Source of the DNA: Botryllus schlosseri
Lineage: Eukaryota
DNA length: 64,000 nucleotides
Assembly (NCBI GenBank): GCA_051294905.1
Contig: CM119372.1
Coordinates: 13,890,001 to 13,954,000 of the forward strand
Direction of reading: 5' to 3'
Shown here in pieces: positions 53,800-64,000 of the stretch (the first letter of the stretch is position 1; the number at the start of each line of letters is the position of its first letter). Both the position numbers and the translations under genes were made by a program. The notes under the pieces are model-generated. The model searched no databases and was not told where the DNA came from. It saw only the letters and a program-made list of their open reading frames with translations.

Positions 53800-54430
53800 A
53801 AAGTAAAGAATTTAAAAGGCGAGCGATAAAATGAGGTGGCATGTGACGGAAGGCGAGATCGATATGTTAGGTCGTCGTCAGGTGATCCTGAAGGGTGACT
53901 AGTATTCATTAAAAGAGATTGCTTGTGTTTCGACTGATGTGGAAAGCGAGGTCGATGTTAGGTCGTTATCCGGTAATCCTGAAGGTTGGCTAGTATTCAT
54001 TTAGAAGAAATTTCTTGTATTTTGAATTGAATGCGGATTGCGGACATGCTCGACGACTGTCGGATAGCCGGCGAGATGCTGTTGCACAATTGGGGTCCGG
54101 CATACTTGATAGAGCAATGCGTTTTCTTGTATTCCCTCCTGATCATATGGTAGTTGTTCTTCGTTGACGCGCGTGTGCTGTAGGCCTACTTGTGCGCTTT
54201 TCACTTTGAGGTGAAGTAGTCGTTGAAATTTGATGGACATTGACCGCAATGGAACTGATACATAAACTTGGCAATTTCTAACTTCCTCGTATCTTCTATG
54301 TTTATAACACAAAATCTTTTGAGTAGCGTCCGCATCTGGGTTTTTCCAAAATATCCCAGTGGCATCCCTGCCACTGATGACTCTGATTGATTTATGATCA
54401 TTTGCGATTCCAGAGTCCTCAAAGATCACG
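53800..54430 (-). mobile_element. Degenerate L2/Crack-like LINE ORF2 C-terminus and 3' UTR (partly duplicated)
   Basis: LEIAKFMYQFHCGQCPSNFNDYF ... FNSKYKKFLLNEY; same family as 12640-13058. Confidence 0.7.
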
Positions 54431-54879
54431 ATTCCACTGTCTGTTTATCTAGTCTAGTTTGAATCGAACCAAGACGACCATAGGGCCAAACATTTCGATA
54501 GTCAATGTGGAGAAGCAGCAAAACCCTACGCTGTAAAATAGTACGAGAGATTCGACTACGCAGCAGAATAGTGAAATCAATAACACGATCATCATGTAAC
54601 ACAACTATCTGGTCCAGCATAAATACCACAACCATGAATGGAAGACATTATGGAAATGATCGAAATTCATTATTGACCGTGTTGGAAATTGGACTATGAC
54701 CAATTATCGCATGAGCCATATTTTCTGAAAGTTAGTATCATAAGTATGTACTAAGAAACAGAGGCTCAGTTTTAGCATGAAATATTTTTTATACTTTTTT
54801 CTGATTCACTATAAGTTCTTTCAGGTGATTTAATGAAAATAACATTTCGAATTTGCTGGAAAGCTGTGGTTCCGTGTCA

Positions 54880-55150
54880 GGTGACTCATCAGGCGTTTTT
54901 CGTCATTGTCTACGCAGCGGCCATCTTTGATGTCATAACAGGGCTAGACGTCACGACAGGCAGATTTAGTCGTGTGATTGCGTCACTGTTTTCAGTCAGC
55001 TTAGGCGTGGCGAGGAGCTGAAAGTAGGTAAGTTTTGTAGATAAACCATCAGAGGTTCCTTTGGTAGTACTTGTTTTGATTTATTCTACTTTAGTTATTA
55101 GCTGACGTCACTTGAGCCCGGGAATGATGAATGCACTTATTGGCGGGACG
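54880..55150 (+). promoter_or_regulatory. Probable CREB promoter and non-coding exon 1 (donor GTAAGT at 55028; candidate acceptor TTGCAG ending 58479)
   Basis: CpG-richer patch with AP-1 TGACTCA 54882-54888, YY1-like GCGGCCATCTTT ~54917-54928, CRE-like words at 54928, 54946 and 54978, a perfect CRE at 55103-55110, E2F-like TTGGCGGGA 55141-55149 and a strong AG|GTAAGT donor. Confidence 0.55.
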
Positions 55151-55619
55151 GGAGTGCGCCTCACCGCTCGTGTTCATTTTGGCGACAAATTCTATTTCGT
55201 TGAAATACAAGCAACGGAAAACTTTAAAAATAATGTTATCACTCATACGCGCCTGTATTCTAAACGGTGACTGGTTATCCATACATTACCTCGGAACACT
55301 GAGCGCTTGAGCACTGGGCTACAGTGAGTCCCAAATAACTGAACCGATCGGTGTGAACGGAAAAACCTGTCATTTAATGGTAAATCGCAAACAACAACTC
55401 GGTAAATCATGACTAAATTAACTGAAGGTTAGGTGAAGTACATAGATTCAGAGTTGGTTGGGTTTAAGTATGCCATAGGTACCGTGACAACTGACAAGCA
55501 AGTTAAATATTTTGATAAAGACAGATTTAATCAAGGCCAGGGTTGATGCGATTGTGTTGCAATCCTGTGGTGTTCTGAACTAATGAAAATAGTACGGTAA
55601 ATGAACGAACACCGAAACT

Positions 55620-58300
55620 GATTAAAGTACATTTGAATAAAATGAAGCTATAGTGCACTGCTTTTGTCTTTCTACATCACAGTTTTTGATGTATCCATTG
55701 GTATATTTTGTCACTTGGCGACAACTGAAATTAGGGTATGGGTACAAATGCGTACCAGTGTGCAGTTTCCACGATTGACTTTTGTCAACGTCAACCCAAT
55801 CACAGTGGTGGAGATATTTGACTGCCCATGGACGCATTCTATTACGGTACATATTAGTAGTTTCTTATGACTCGGTTCGCTGCTGTTGGTGTCTATACTC
55901 TTCATGTTGTATAGCCTTGCTCGTTTCATTATGACACATACCTTTAGCATAGACCTAGTAGCCTACAGTGATTCGCAACTCGAGTCCGCCAAATCATTTA
56001 TAGTACGTGAGCCTATCAATCCAATGGAAGTGGTGTCTCGTGCACACCAAAGATACTATTCGCAGAACACAAGTGTGACGCTAGGAACCGTCTTGTTACA
56101 CCAAATATATTATGCTAAACGTACCGGAATTCCAACCCGGCTATCAATCAATCTATATCCAATATGGAATCGGCGTCTCGTGCACACTGAAGATACTACT
56201 CGTAGCATACAGGTGTGATGCTAGGAACTGTCTAGGTACCCCAAAAGCTATATAGAGCGAAAGCAGTTCTGTTGTTTTCAACTCGATGTCTGTGTAAAGC
56301 TGGATCTTCCACGGTAGCAATGGTTTAAAGTTTAAAGAAAACTGAGTCGACAAGAACCAATATTAAATTAGATTGACGACCCTAATTCCAGATTTCAACT
56401 AGTTACTTGCGACAAGGGTCAGGGGAAAGCGATAGGCTCTATCGCGCGATTCATCTCAGGTTTATGTGGCTCTATCGCGCGATTCATCTCAGGTTTATAC
56501 ATAATGAGATACGCCTATTTGTAACAGGCTAATTCTTCTCCCATCACTCAAGTCCGTGGATACTTTTGCCACTGGCAAATTAGTACGTTGGGAAACACTG
56601 ATCCAAGTGTAATTGATAAGAATACAGTTTCCTAGTTGATACACCCCATTAATTCTATACAAGTGTCCATGTACCTGCTGTATACACATATTTTCCTATG
56701 CTTTCCCGGAATTATATTAAAAGATCAAATGGACTGATCAAATTTCTGAATTTGAACCAAGTACTTGAGAAGAATTTAAAAATAGATGTAGTCAAATTTC
56801 GCCTGCTCCATGGGACTTTCATCATTCCAGGAGACATACATGGCCCATGCAAGCTGTGGTTTCTGATACGAAGATTGACTGTTTCTCCAGTATGCTTCAT
56901 TGTAGCCTAATTTCGGAGATTGATATTAGGTGTTAATATATATATATCAACATGGTTGACTTGGCATCAATTCCACAATTCAAATGATTGTTTCACGTCA
57001 GCAAATCAATATTAGTTGAACCTACAAATATTGGTAACCTAGCTGAGTAGGATACTCCATGATAATACTCCCCCATTGGCCTTAAAATGATGACAATAGG
57101 CCTATGACACATATATAAATCAAATATTCTCACACAGAGCGATCAAAATTACTCCACCAAATGATAGTATTCTACGTATAGCCTACAATAAGTACGCTTC
57201 AAAATTCTGACTACGTGATGAATAGCAACATTACTCAGGACGTCAGGTCTACTCATGAAACTGTTGGTATCTTCGCCAAGAACTGAACTGAAATTCCATG
57301 CGAATTGGTTGGTAAAATAACTAGATCCAAATATTATCACTAGAAAAAAGTTTACTTAGCGCTAGGGCAACTTAGATCAGCTTCACTAAAATGTTGAACT
57401 TTTGGGTCTAAAGTGGAAGACAAAGTTGTCGCCAAACTGTTATGCAGTGCGAAACACATGAGTTAGAGCTAAGTTCCCTCGCGACAGCATATGGTCAAAT
57501 GTAGTTTTTCTTGTCCCATATTCATATTATTAGGTCGTAAACTGTAGTTTTAAATTTACATCCACACTAATTTGGTAAATGTAAAAACTATCCTACTGTG
57601 TGCCTTTACAGTGTTTTTTGACATAGTAGCCAACCTAAAATTGGTCGGAACCTTTCATACAAAGACTCAATGTAGCGATGTCGATTCTACCTTGAATCAC
57701 ATTGTTGTTTGAGCAAAATGCTTCATTTCACTCAATGACACCCAAGTGGCAGCATTCTATTGCAATGAAGTTGTAAGAGAAAGTATTAACCCTGTTCCAG
57801 GGTATTTTGAAACTTCCAAGTACGCCTCATATTCCAAGTCGTATGCAGACTTGAAATCACCAATTGTGCAGATGATCAGATAATAATTGACATGTATCGC
57901 TGGTTATAAAAATGCTGCTGGATCTACTCTGGATCTGCTACTGTATCACTGTTGATCAGTCAAATTTCTCACTATCACCAATAGTCTGGTGATACAACTC
58001 TGCCAAGCAATTGCAACTGTTTCTGAAGCATACATAATCTTTATAAATAGTCTTCCCTTAGGTTCTGCTTTGCATTGTGCTGAAGTAGAACTTGGTGAAT
58101 CGTTCCATGTGGTACTTCGCCCCACAAGTCGAATGGCAACAAATTTATTCTTTTTCATCTTCTGTAAATTCGGAGAGAATAGCATTTACTTCAATTTGCA
58201 TTTTTATAAATTAATATTGGCGACCATAATTGCCAAAATTCATTGCAATTCTCGGAACTTTAACTATGCCACGTCTAACATGACGAGTAGGACTGTTGAA
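55620..58300 (-). pseudogene. Possible heavily decayed DNA-transposon coding relic inside the putative CREB 5' intron
   Basis: Scattered frameshifted peptides (CGAKYHMERFTKFY; NFRLATMSKNTVKAHSRI) loosely resemble large CXC-domain-associated transposon proteins; no intact ORF. Confidence 0.25.
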
Positions 58301-58607
58301 GTAGCTGAAGTGGGGAGTTTTGCAGCAAAATTCAAATTGACATCAATTCTCTTTTGGAGTTGCCTGAAATAATATCATTGAATTTTATCCGGCTGCCTGA
58401 ATCATTCACTAAAGATTCAGGACTTACCTCTTTCGAACTGATGTGAAAATTTGTGATCATTTGTGTATGACTATTGCAGAAATACGATCGCAGTTAGATA
58501 TTCTGAGAATTCCTTTCTACCCGAGAAAACAACCTCTAGCAGATTGGTTGAGCATTGGACCACCGGCTCGGTTGCTCGGTATGTTATCCGCCTGACTGAG
58601 TGATACA

Positions 58608-59453
58608 ATGGAAAGTGGAACCCAAAGTGTAATTACATCCAACCAACAATCCGTCATTCAATCCCCCTCTGCGTCCCTCAATAACGGGGATTCAGACACT
58701 AATAGGGCCCCTAGTGCAGAGGATGCGCAAAGAGATTCTGCGGCAACCAACAACACCCACCAGAGTCAGAGAGAAATTCTTTCACGGCGTCCTTCTTACA
58801 GAAAAATTTTAAGCGATCTCTCCTCCGAACCTTTATCTGCTTCGCTGAATCAATCCGTGAAGATGGAAGTGTTGAACGAAACAAGGTCGTCGGAAGAGTC
58901 CGAAAACGAGTCAGACTTGGGAGGCATCTCGTTGCAAGGAACTCCCACGATCGCTTACCAGACCAGCACGGGCACGGTGACAATCCAGCAGGCTCCGCAA
59001 ACCATACAGATATCGACACCTGGATTAAGCCAAGAACAATCTAACGATATGCAAACGTTTACAGTCGCAAACGCGCTCGGCCCGGGTCATGCGGCCATCG
59101 TGCAACAAGACGGTCAGTTATGGATGCCGGGTGGGCATGTTGTGGTGCAAGGCACGGGCGGCGACCTTCAAGCGTACCAGATTCGAGCGTCGGGCGGCAG
59201 TCAGCTCGCCGTAGTCCACGGCGGGGGCGGAACGGGTCAACCGCAGACACCGCAGCAAATGGCGGAGGAAGCGTCCCGTAAGCGCGAATTAAGACTGATG
59301 AAAAACCGTGAGGCGGCGCGAGATTGCCGGAGGAAAAAGAAAGAATACATCAAATGCCTTGAAAACAGGGTTCAGGTTCTCGAAACGCAAAACAAGGCGC
59401 TCATCGATGAGTTGAAGACTTTGAAAGAGATGTATTGCGCCAAAGACATGTGA
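58608..59453 (+). CDS. CREB: cAMP-response element-binding protein (CREB/CREM/ATF1 family), 281 aa, single coding exon
   Basis: KID motif ILSRRPSYRKIL (Ser63 equivalent to CREB1 Ser133), Q-rich region with GDLQAYQIR, and C-terminal bZIP RKRELRLMKNREAARDCRRKKKEYIKCLENRV..LE.QNK.LI.ELK.LK. Confidence 0.97.
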   Translation: MESGTQSVITSNQQSVIQSPSASLNNGDSDTNRAPSAEDAQRDSAATNNTHQSQREILSRRPSYRKILSDLSSEPLSASLNQSVKMEVLNETRSSEESENESDLGGISLQGTPTIAYQTSTGTVTIQQAPQTIQISTPGLSQEQSNDMQTFTVANALGPGHAAIVQQDGQLWMPGGHVVVQGTGGDLQAYQIRASGGSQLAVVHGGGGTGQPQTPQQMAEEASRKRELRLMKNREAARDCRRKKKEYIKCLENRVQVLETQNKALIDELKTLKEMYCAKDM

Positions 59454-60979
59454 TAATACGACAAGCATGGGGCGAACTCGTTTGTAATGAGCGCTACGAT
59501 ACTAGCCATAGTAGATTGAACACCCACAGTAAGATTGCTTGAATATGAATATGCAAGCTTTTCAATGCTCGGTGGGTCCACGTCGCTGTTATTGCTTCTG
59601 GCATTGCCACAGATACGATGTTTCTCTTAGCTGTCAGTGCAATTTTCCTGGAGGCAAATTTGACCGTGGCGTGTTGGTGTTGGGATGCACTACGTAAATT
59701 CTGATGGCGACGGCATGGTATTTACGTTCCTCAACTGCATTTGTACATACAGATTATTTTTATTGGCAGTGTTTTGTTCATTATTGAGTTCATGGTTTTC
59801 GTTTTACCCAGTTGCCGACATGGTGGGTCTTTCTTTATCGATACTTGCATTGATGTCGCATGAAAACGGTCCGGGACGGGGTTGAATTGCCAATACTGCG
59901 AATGTAGCATTAATCGATCGTTGCTAGAAATACTGAACTTTGAACTAACGCCTTCAGACTTTTGTTACATTAAATATCAATGTGTTTGTATTCGGTCATA
60001 TGGTTTTGTTGCGTTTAATATAAATCTTCCAGATTTGCACGGTGCGTGACATATGCAGGAATGTTCAAGGCATTTGATGTAATGCACCCTGCTCACTGGG
60101 TAATATTTCTTGGCAAATAATGCGATCGTATCCAAGAGGGTAAAGGCGTGTCACACGTTTGATGGGGCTTGACATAGTAGACGGTCTGCGGACAAATGAG
60201 CATTGAACATTCTACCTTCAGTATGCGAGTCAGATTTATGGTTAGTTTTGTGTTTACATGCTCGAATGTGGGGCAGCCGTGATAGATTGGACCGCGCTGT
60301 CACGTAACATAATGAAATGTCAATTCGGATCGATACGTCTGTACTGAGCTGACATATAGGTTATTGTATTCAACAATTCGGTTTTGTGACATCAGAAATT
60401 GGTAGCGGTGGCTGTGCGAGAACGGAACTCGAAGGTGCTTGCTTGATTGACCAACTCGACTCCCTCTCCTGTCATGTCATTACATCACGGTCTTGTGTTC
60501 TATGGGGATGGAAGAGGAAGAAAACGAACGAGCAAATAACGCCTTTATATTTAGAATTACCGGTACGCGTAATAGTAACTAGAGAAACTTCAAAACATTT
60601 TCTACACGAGCATTGTGATGTCATTTGTTTCCACTAAGACTATTGTTAAAAAAAGAAATCGCTGCCCCCTCAATTTTCATCCTGGCTACTCCTGTCCCGG
60701 GGTATAACATTGTCACTTTGGAAGGCTGTCGTAAGTACCCACTCGCTTCCTTTTCTTGTCAAGATTCTGCATGTGACCTTGCTGGAGACTTGCTCACAGA
60801 ATGATTTTGGCAAGAAATAGTTATCGCTGCAGGACACTAACGCCCAATATTCTTTATTGTTTGTCTCTCATCCTAATGTAGCTTGTAGCTATCGCTCTTG
60901 ACACTGCTGTGCCCCGATAGGAAAATAGCTGTTGGTATTAAGGTAAGGTCATCGTAATCGCAACTACATTTGATTACTG

Positions 60980-62393
60980 CAGAGGTCTCAAACACGCGGC
61001 CCGCCAGAGCATTCTGTGCGGCCCGCGAAGACATTTTAGATTTTTAATAATTTGACAATATATCCGTGTCACATATATCTTTTCAGGTTATAAAGTGAAA
61101 ATTCCCTCTTAAATTGCTCCGAAAGGCTGAAAATATTCATCAAATTTCACCATCACATCAATTGTAAACGCTACCATCATGCAGTGGAAGATTCACTATT
61201 TCGCCACATTTCCAATTCATGATGACAAAACCTGACCCTTAGACGATTCGTGACTGAAACTTGTGAGTTGGAATTGGACGCGACCTTTCTTAGAATTACT
61301 CAGACTCGGGTTAACTCGATGGATAAATGAAAATGACTCGAGTGGACTCGGAGTGACTCGGAATGCCGTGAATTTGTTATAACCATGGACGCAGCGAACT
61401 AATCGCGTATCAGGAAAATAGTAATAGATCAGAAGGTCGCAGCATGGTATTTCGCTAACTAAGCGAGTAGTTATGGCAAACATTGGCAATCTGTTAGTTA
61501 CATCGTTGATCGCTAAACGATGTTATCAAAGACACTTAAACTTAAAGGTACCGTAGTAGTACGCTCCAACGATGTAACAACAATGGGCCGTTCAGCGTTC
61601 CGACATTTCAATCACTAGGACACATTCGCTAATATATTTATATTATATTTATATTTTTTTTCTGCTCCTATATTTGAAGATAACTGGCCATGAGATTAAT
61701 AGCCTACTTATCAGAAGTATACCCGAATCCTGGATTGGAATTACCGGTACAATTACAATGCCCAACCTAAAAATATTTTGATTTCAGATCAGTCTCTATC
61801 ATCAATCTGTTAAATTCAAAATATTCATAGTAGCTGCAAAATTATAACCCGATAGCTTTTATGATGGTATCATACACATGTCCGCCCATATGGTGTCTAT
61901 ATCTTATAATTATATATCAAGTACAACAACAATTCTATTCAAATAGTTATAAATGTGATGATTCTTTTCGCGCCAGGCCTAAATTTATACAAGAGTAAAG
62001 CACATTTTGACAATATGTGTTTACCGTCAGTCTGCTTGATCGGCTCACTTTCAATAGGACAATTCATTCCCGCAAAATAAGGCCTACTTGGAAAGACATT
62101 GAATACCCCTATAAATTAAGGTCAACTTTCCACTCAGATCCCGAAATTCCCGCCGGAGCGTCACATCGGTGCTAATTTACGGCATCTTAGTCGGGTTTTG
62201 CTATAAATATGACCAAAATTCTCAAAAAAAAGGACAAAAGGGCGTCCTCCGAGGACACTTTCAAAAAAGTCGAAAACGAGGACAAATCCTCTTGAAAGAG
62301 GACGAATGGTAACCGTACTATAAATGCTGCGGCCCGCGGCGTCGTCAAAACTGGAAAACTGGCCCGCGAGCACATTTGAGTTTGAGACCTCTG
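60980..62393. mobile_element. Buster-type MITE (same family as 24170-25274, opposite orientation) with nested 62117-62317
   Basis: TIR CAGAGGTCTCAAAC; perfect TSD gattactg; inner TSD ctataaat. Confidence 0.85.
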
Positions 62394-63077
62394 GATTACT
62401 GCAATGTTAGCGTTGGTTGAGAGAAAACCGGTGCTTCCATTGCATGGTTTTACTCGCACGCCAGTGCAGGTGCCCGGAGGTCACATTTTTTAGACTGGAT
62501 AGCGGATCCTGCCGATGTGGATGCAATTGAATTTTGCTCCATAGCGATAAGCTCTGTATAAGGCGCGACAGCGACGTGACAAGGTGAAGGACTGAAAGTA
62601 GGATTGGATAGACATCGGATTGCAGCCCACTTATTCAGAATCAGCAATGATATATATTGGGAATCGCGGATGTTCAGACCAATGTTTCCTCTAATTTTTG
62701 ACGAGTCTGCGCACACTCACTACGCAGACCCCTGGACAACAGTGCGTAACGACTAAAAAAGGATTTTCTTGCGCACAACTAAGAACCTCTTGTCGTTACA
62801 CTAACACTGTTGCCCTACCTCGCCCAGACATTGCTTCATTGATCATTTGCTACCATTGTTTAATTTTTTTTTTCTATTTTCCTTTCGTAACTAAACATTT
62901 TTTTACAGCCAGACTGTTCTGAGTCAAGTGTACCTGTTTGATGCTGGTGTGATCAGACTAGATGACCTTCACGGTCTTATCGATCATTCCTATCTAATAC
63001 CGAATACTGTACACGCATATTTTCTGTACCACCATCACTGCCGTTTGTTATGTATTTTGGTTCGATGAAAATAAAGA

Positions 63078-63102
63078 CTCTCTCTCTCTCTCTCTCTCTC
63101 TC
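63078..63102. repeat. (CT)n microsatellite
   Basis: Direct observation. Confidence 0.9.
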
Positions 63103-63626
63103 TTTTCTGTGCGCAGAGATCGTGTCAGCACTGAGCATTTGCGCACGTGCGCAGCTTAGATGGAATATTGGTCCAGACTCTATATATCCCTGTAAGGTAG
63201 GGTTAACATATTTTAAGATCCGAAAAAGAGGACACTCTTCAAGTTAAAATAAGATGAAAATTTTGGGAAATAATAAAGGTCATAACACTGGGCAACAATT
63301 TTGAACGAAAAATTTGTTGACTTCGATTTTGCACTTCTGCACCAAAAATGCAGCTGGTTTTCTTCTATCACGTCAAGTTTTTGCTCTGCGACATACGCCC
63401 AAAATATGCAAATTTTCACGAATTTGGCCATATGACTTTTACCATATAATAAGGGATCAATTGAATTATTAGGAAATAAGGTAGGCCCATTTTTTGTTAG
63501 AGGATGCAATTATAGAATGTAAACGTTTACATTCTATAATGCAATCATCCAAGGATATTTCACACACATATTTGACGCAAACTGCGGTATATGGCAAGAA
63601 ATAAACATTACATTTACTATCAGCTG

Positions 63627-64000
63627 CAGAGGTGGTCAAAGTAGTCCAGAAATCTATTCAAGTAGAAATAGAAGTAGCGACGAAAAAATCTACTCAAGTG
63701 CGAGTAGAAGTACTTCTCCCATAAGCAACTTAAAACTACTTGAAGTAGAAGTAGAATTGACTGACTTTAAAAGAACTCATGTAAGTATAAGTAGTTATGA
63801 AAACGATCGTAATTCGTTTACATGGATTGTAAAAAGGTGCAAATTGAGCTATGCGATAGGTGGCGAGCTTGATTCATATTGATGCATACCAGCAGGTATC
63901 CAATTTTCGATAGCATAAGTATTCGCCCACATCATGGGATGAAAATGATAGTATTGATATGGATATGCGATGCTAATCCTCTGTTTTCTCGAACAGCACG
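63627..64000 (+). mobile_element. hAT-like element family E copy 3 (runs off the window)
   Basis: Begins CAGAGGTGGTCAAAGTAGTC; colinear with 17930-18420. Confidence 0.85.

Noticed and set aside
56030..56500. Small local duplications (~50-bp pair at ~56042/56183; 33-bp tandem at 56435-56498)
   Set aside because: Ordinary slippage or duplication with no further structure.
58711..59581. Antisense ORFs over CREB
   Set aside because: Expected by-product of GC-richer coding sequence; no independent support.

Overview
AT-rich animal genomic DNA, probably a marine invertebrate chordate such as an ascidian (inferred only from CREB and IL-17 sequence style, frequent TGACGTCA-type words and MITE content). 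It holds a cluster of three divergent, intact, three-exon interleukin-17-family genes (minus 2690-4878, plus 31468-34719, minus 44088-45495) and a CREB/CREM/ATF1 bZIP gene whose whole coding region is one exon (58608-59453). After manual splicing, all three IL-17 proteins share an architecture unlike mammalian IL-17: signal peptide, an ~80-aa pro-region with an invariant C-x17-C-x3-M-x5-R motif, a furin-type R-x-K/R-R site, then an ~110-aa IL-17 cystine-knot domain. This suggests a proteolytically activated pro-IL-17 subfamily. By my tally roughly 40% of the window is transposon-derived. This includes many non-autonomous elements with 8-bp TSDs (Buster-type and Ac-type hAT), often nested, L2/Crack-like LINE 3' ends containing a reused GCCTAGGC insertion hotspot, a Dong/R4-like fragment in a (TAA)n repeat, and a 22-bp palindromic TIR-only micro-element in introns of two IL-17 genes. 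Most ORFs in the supplied track are spurious.
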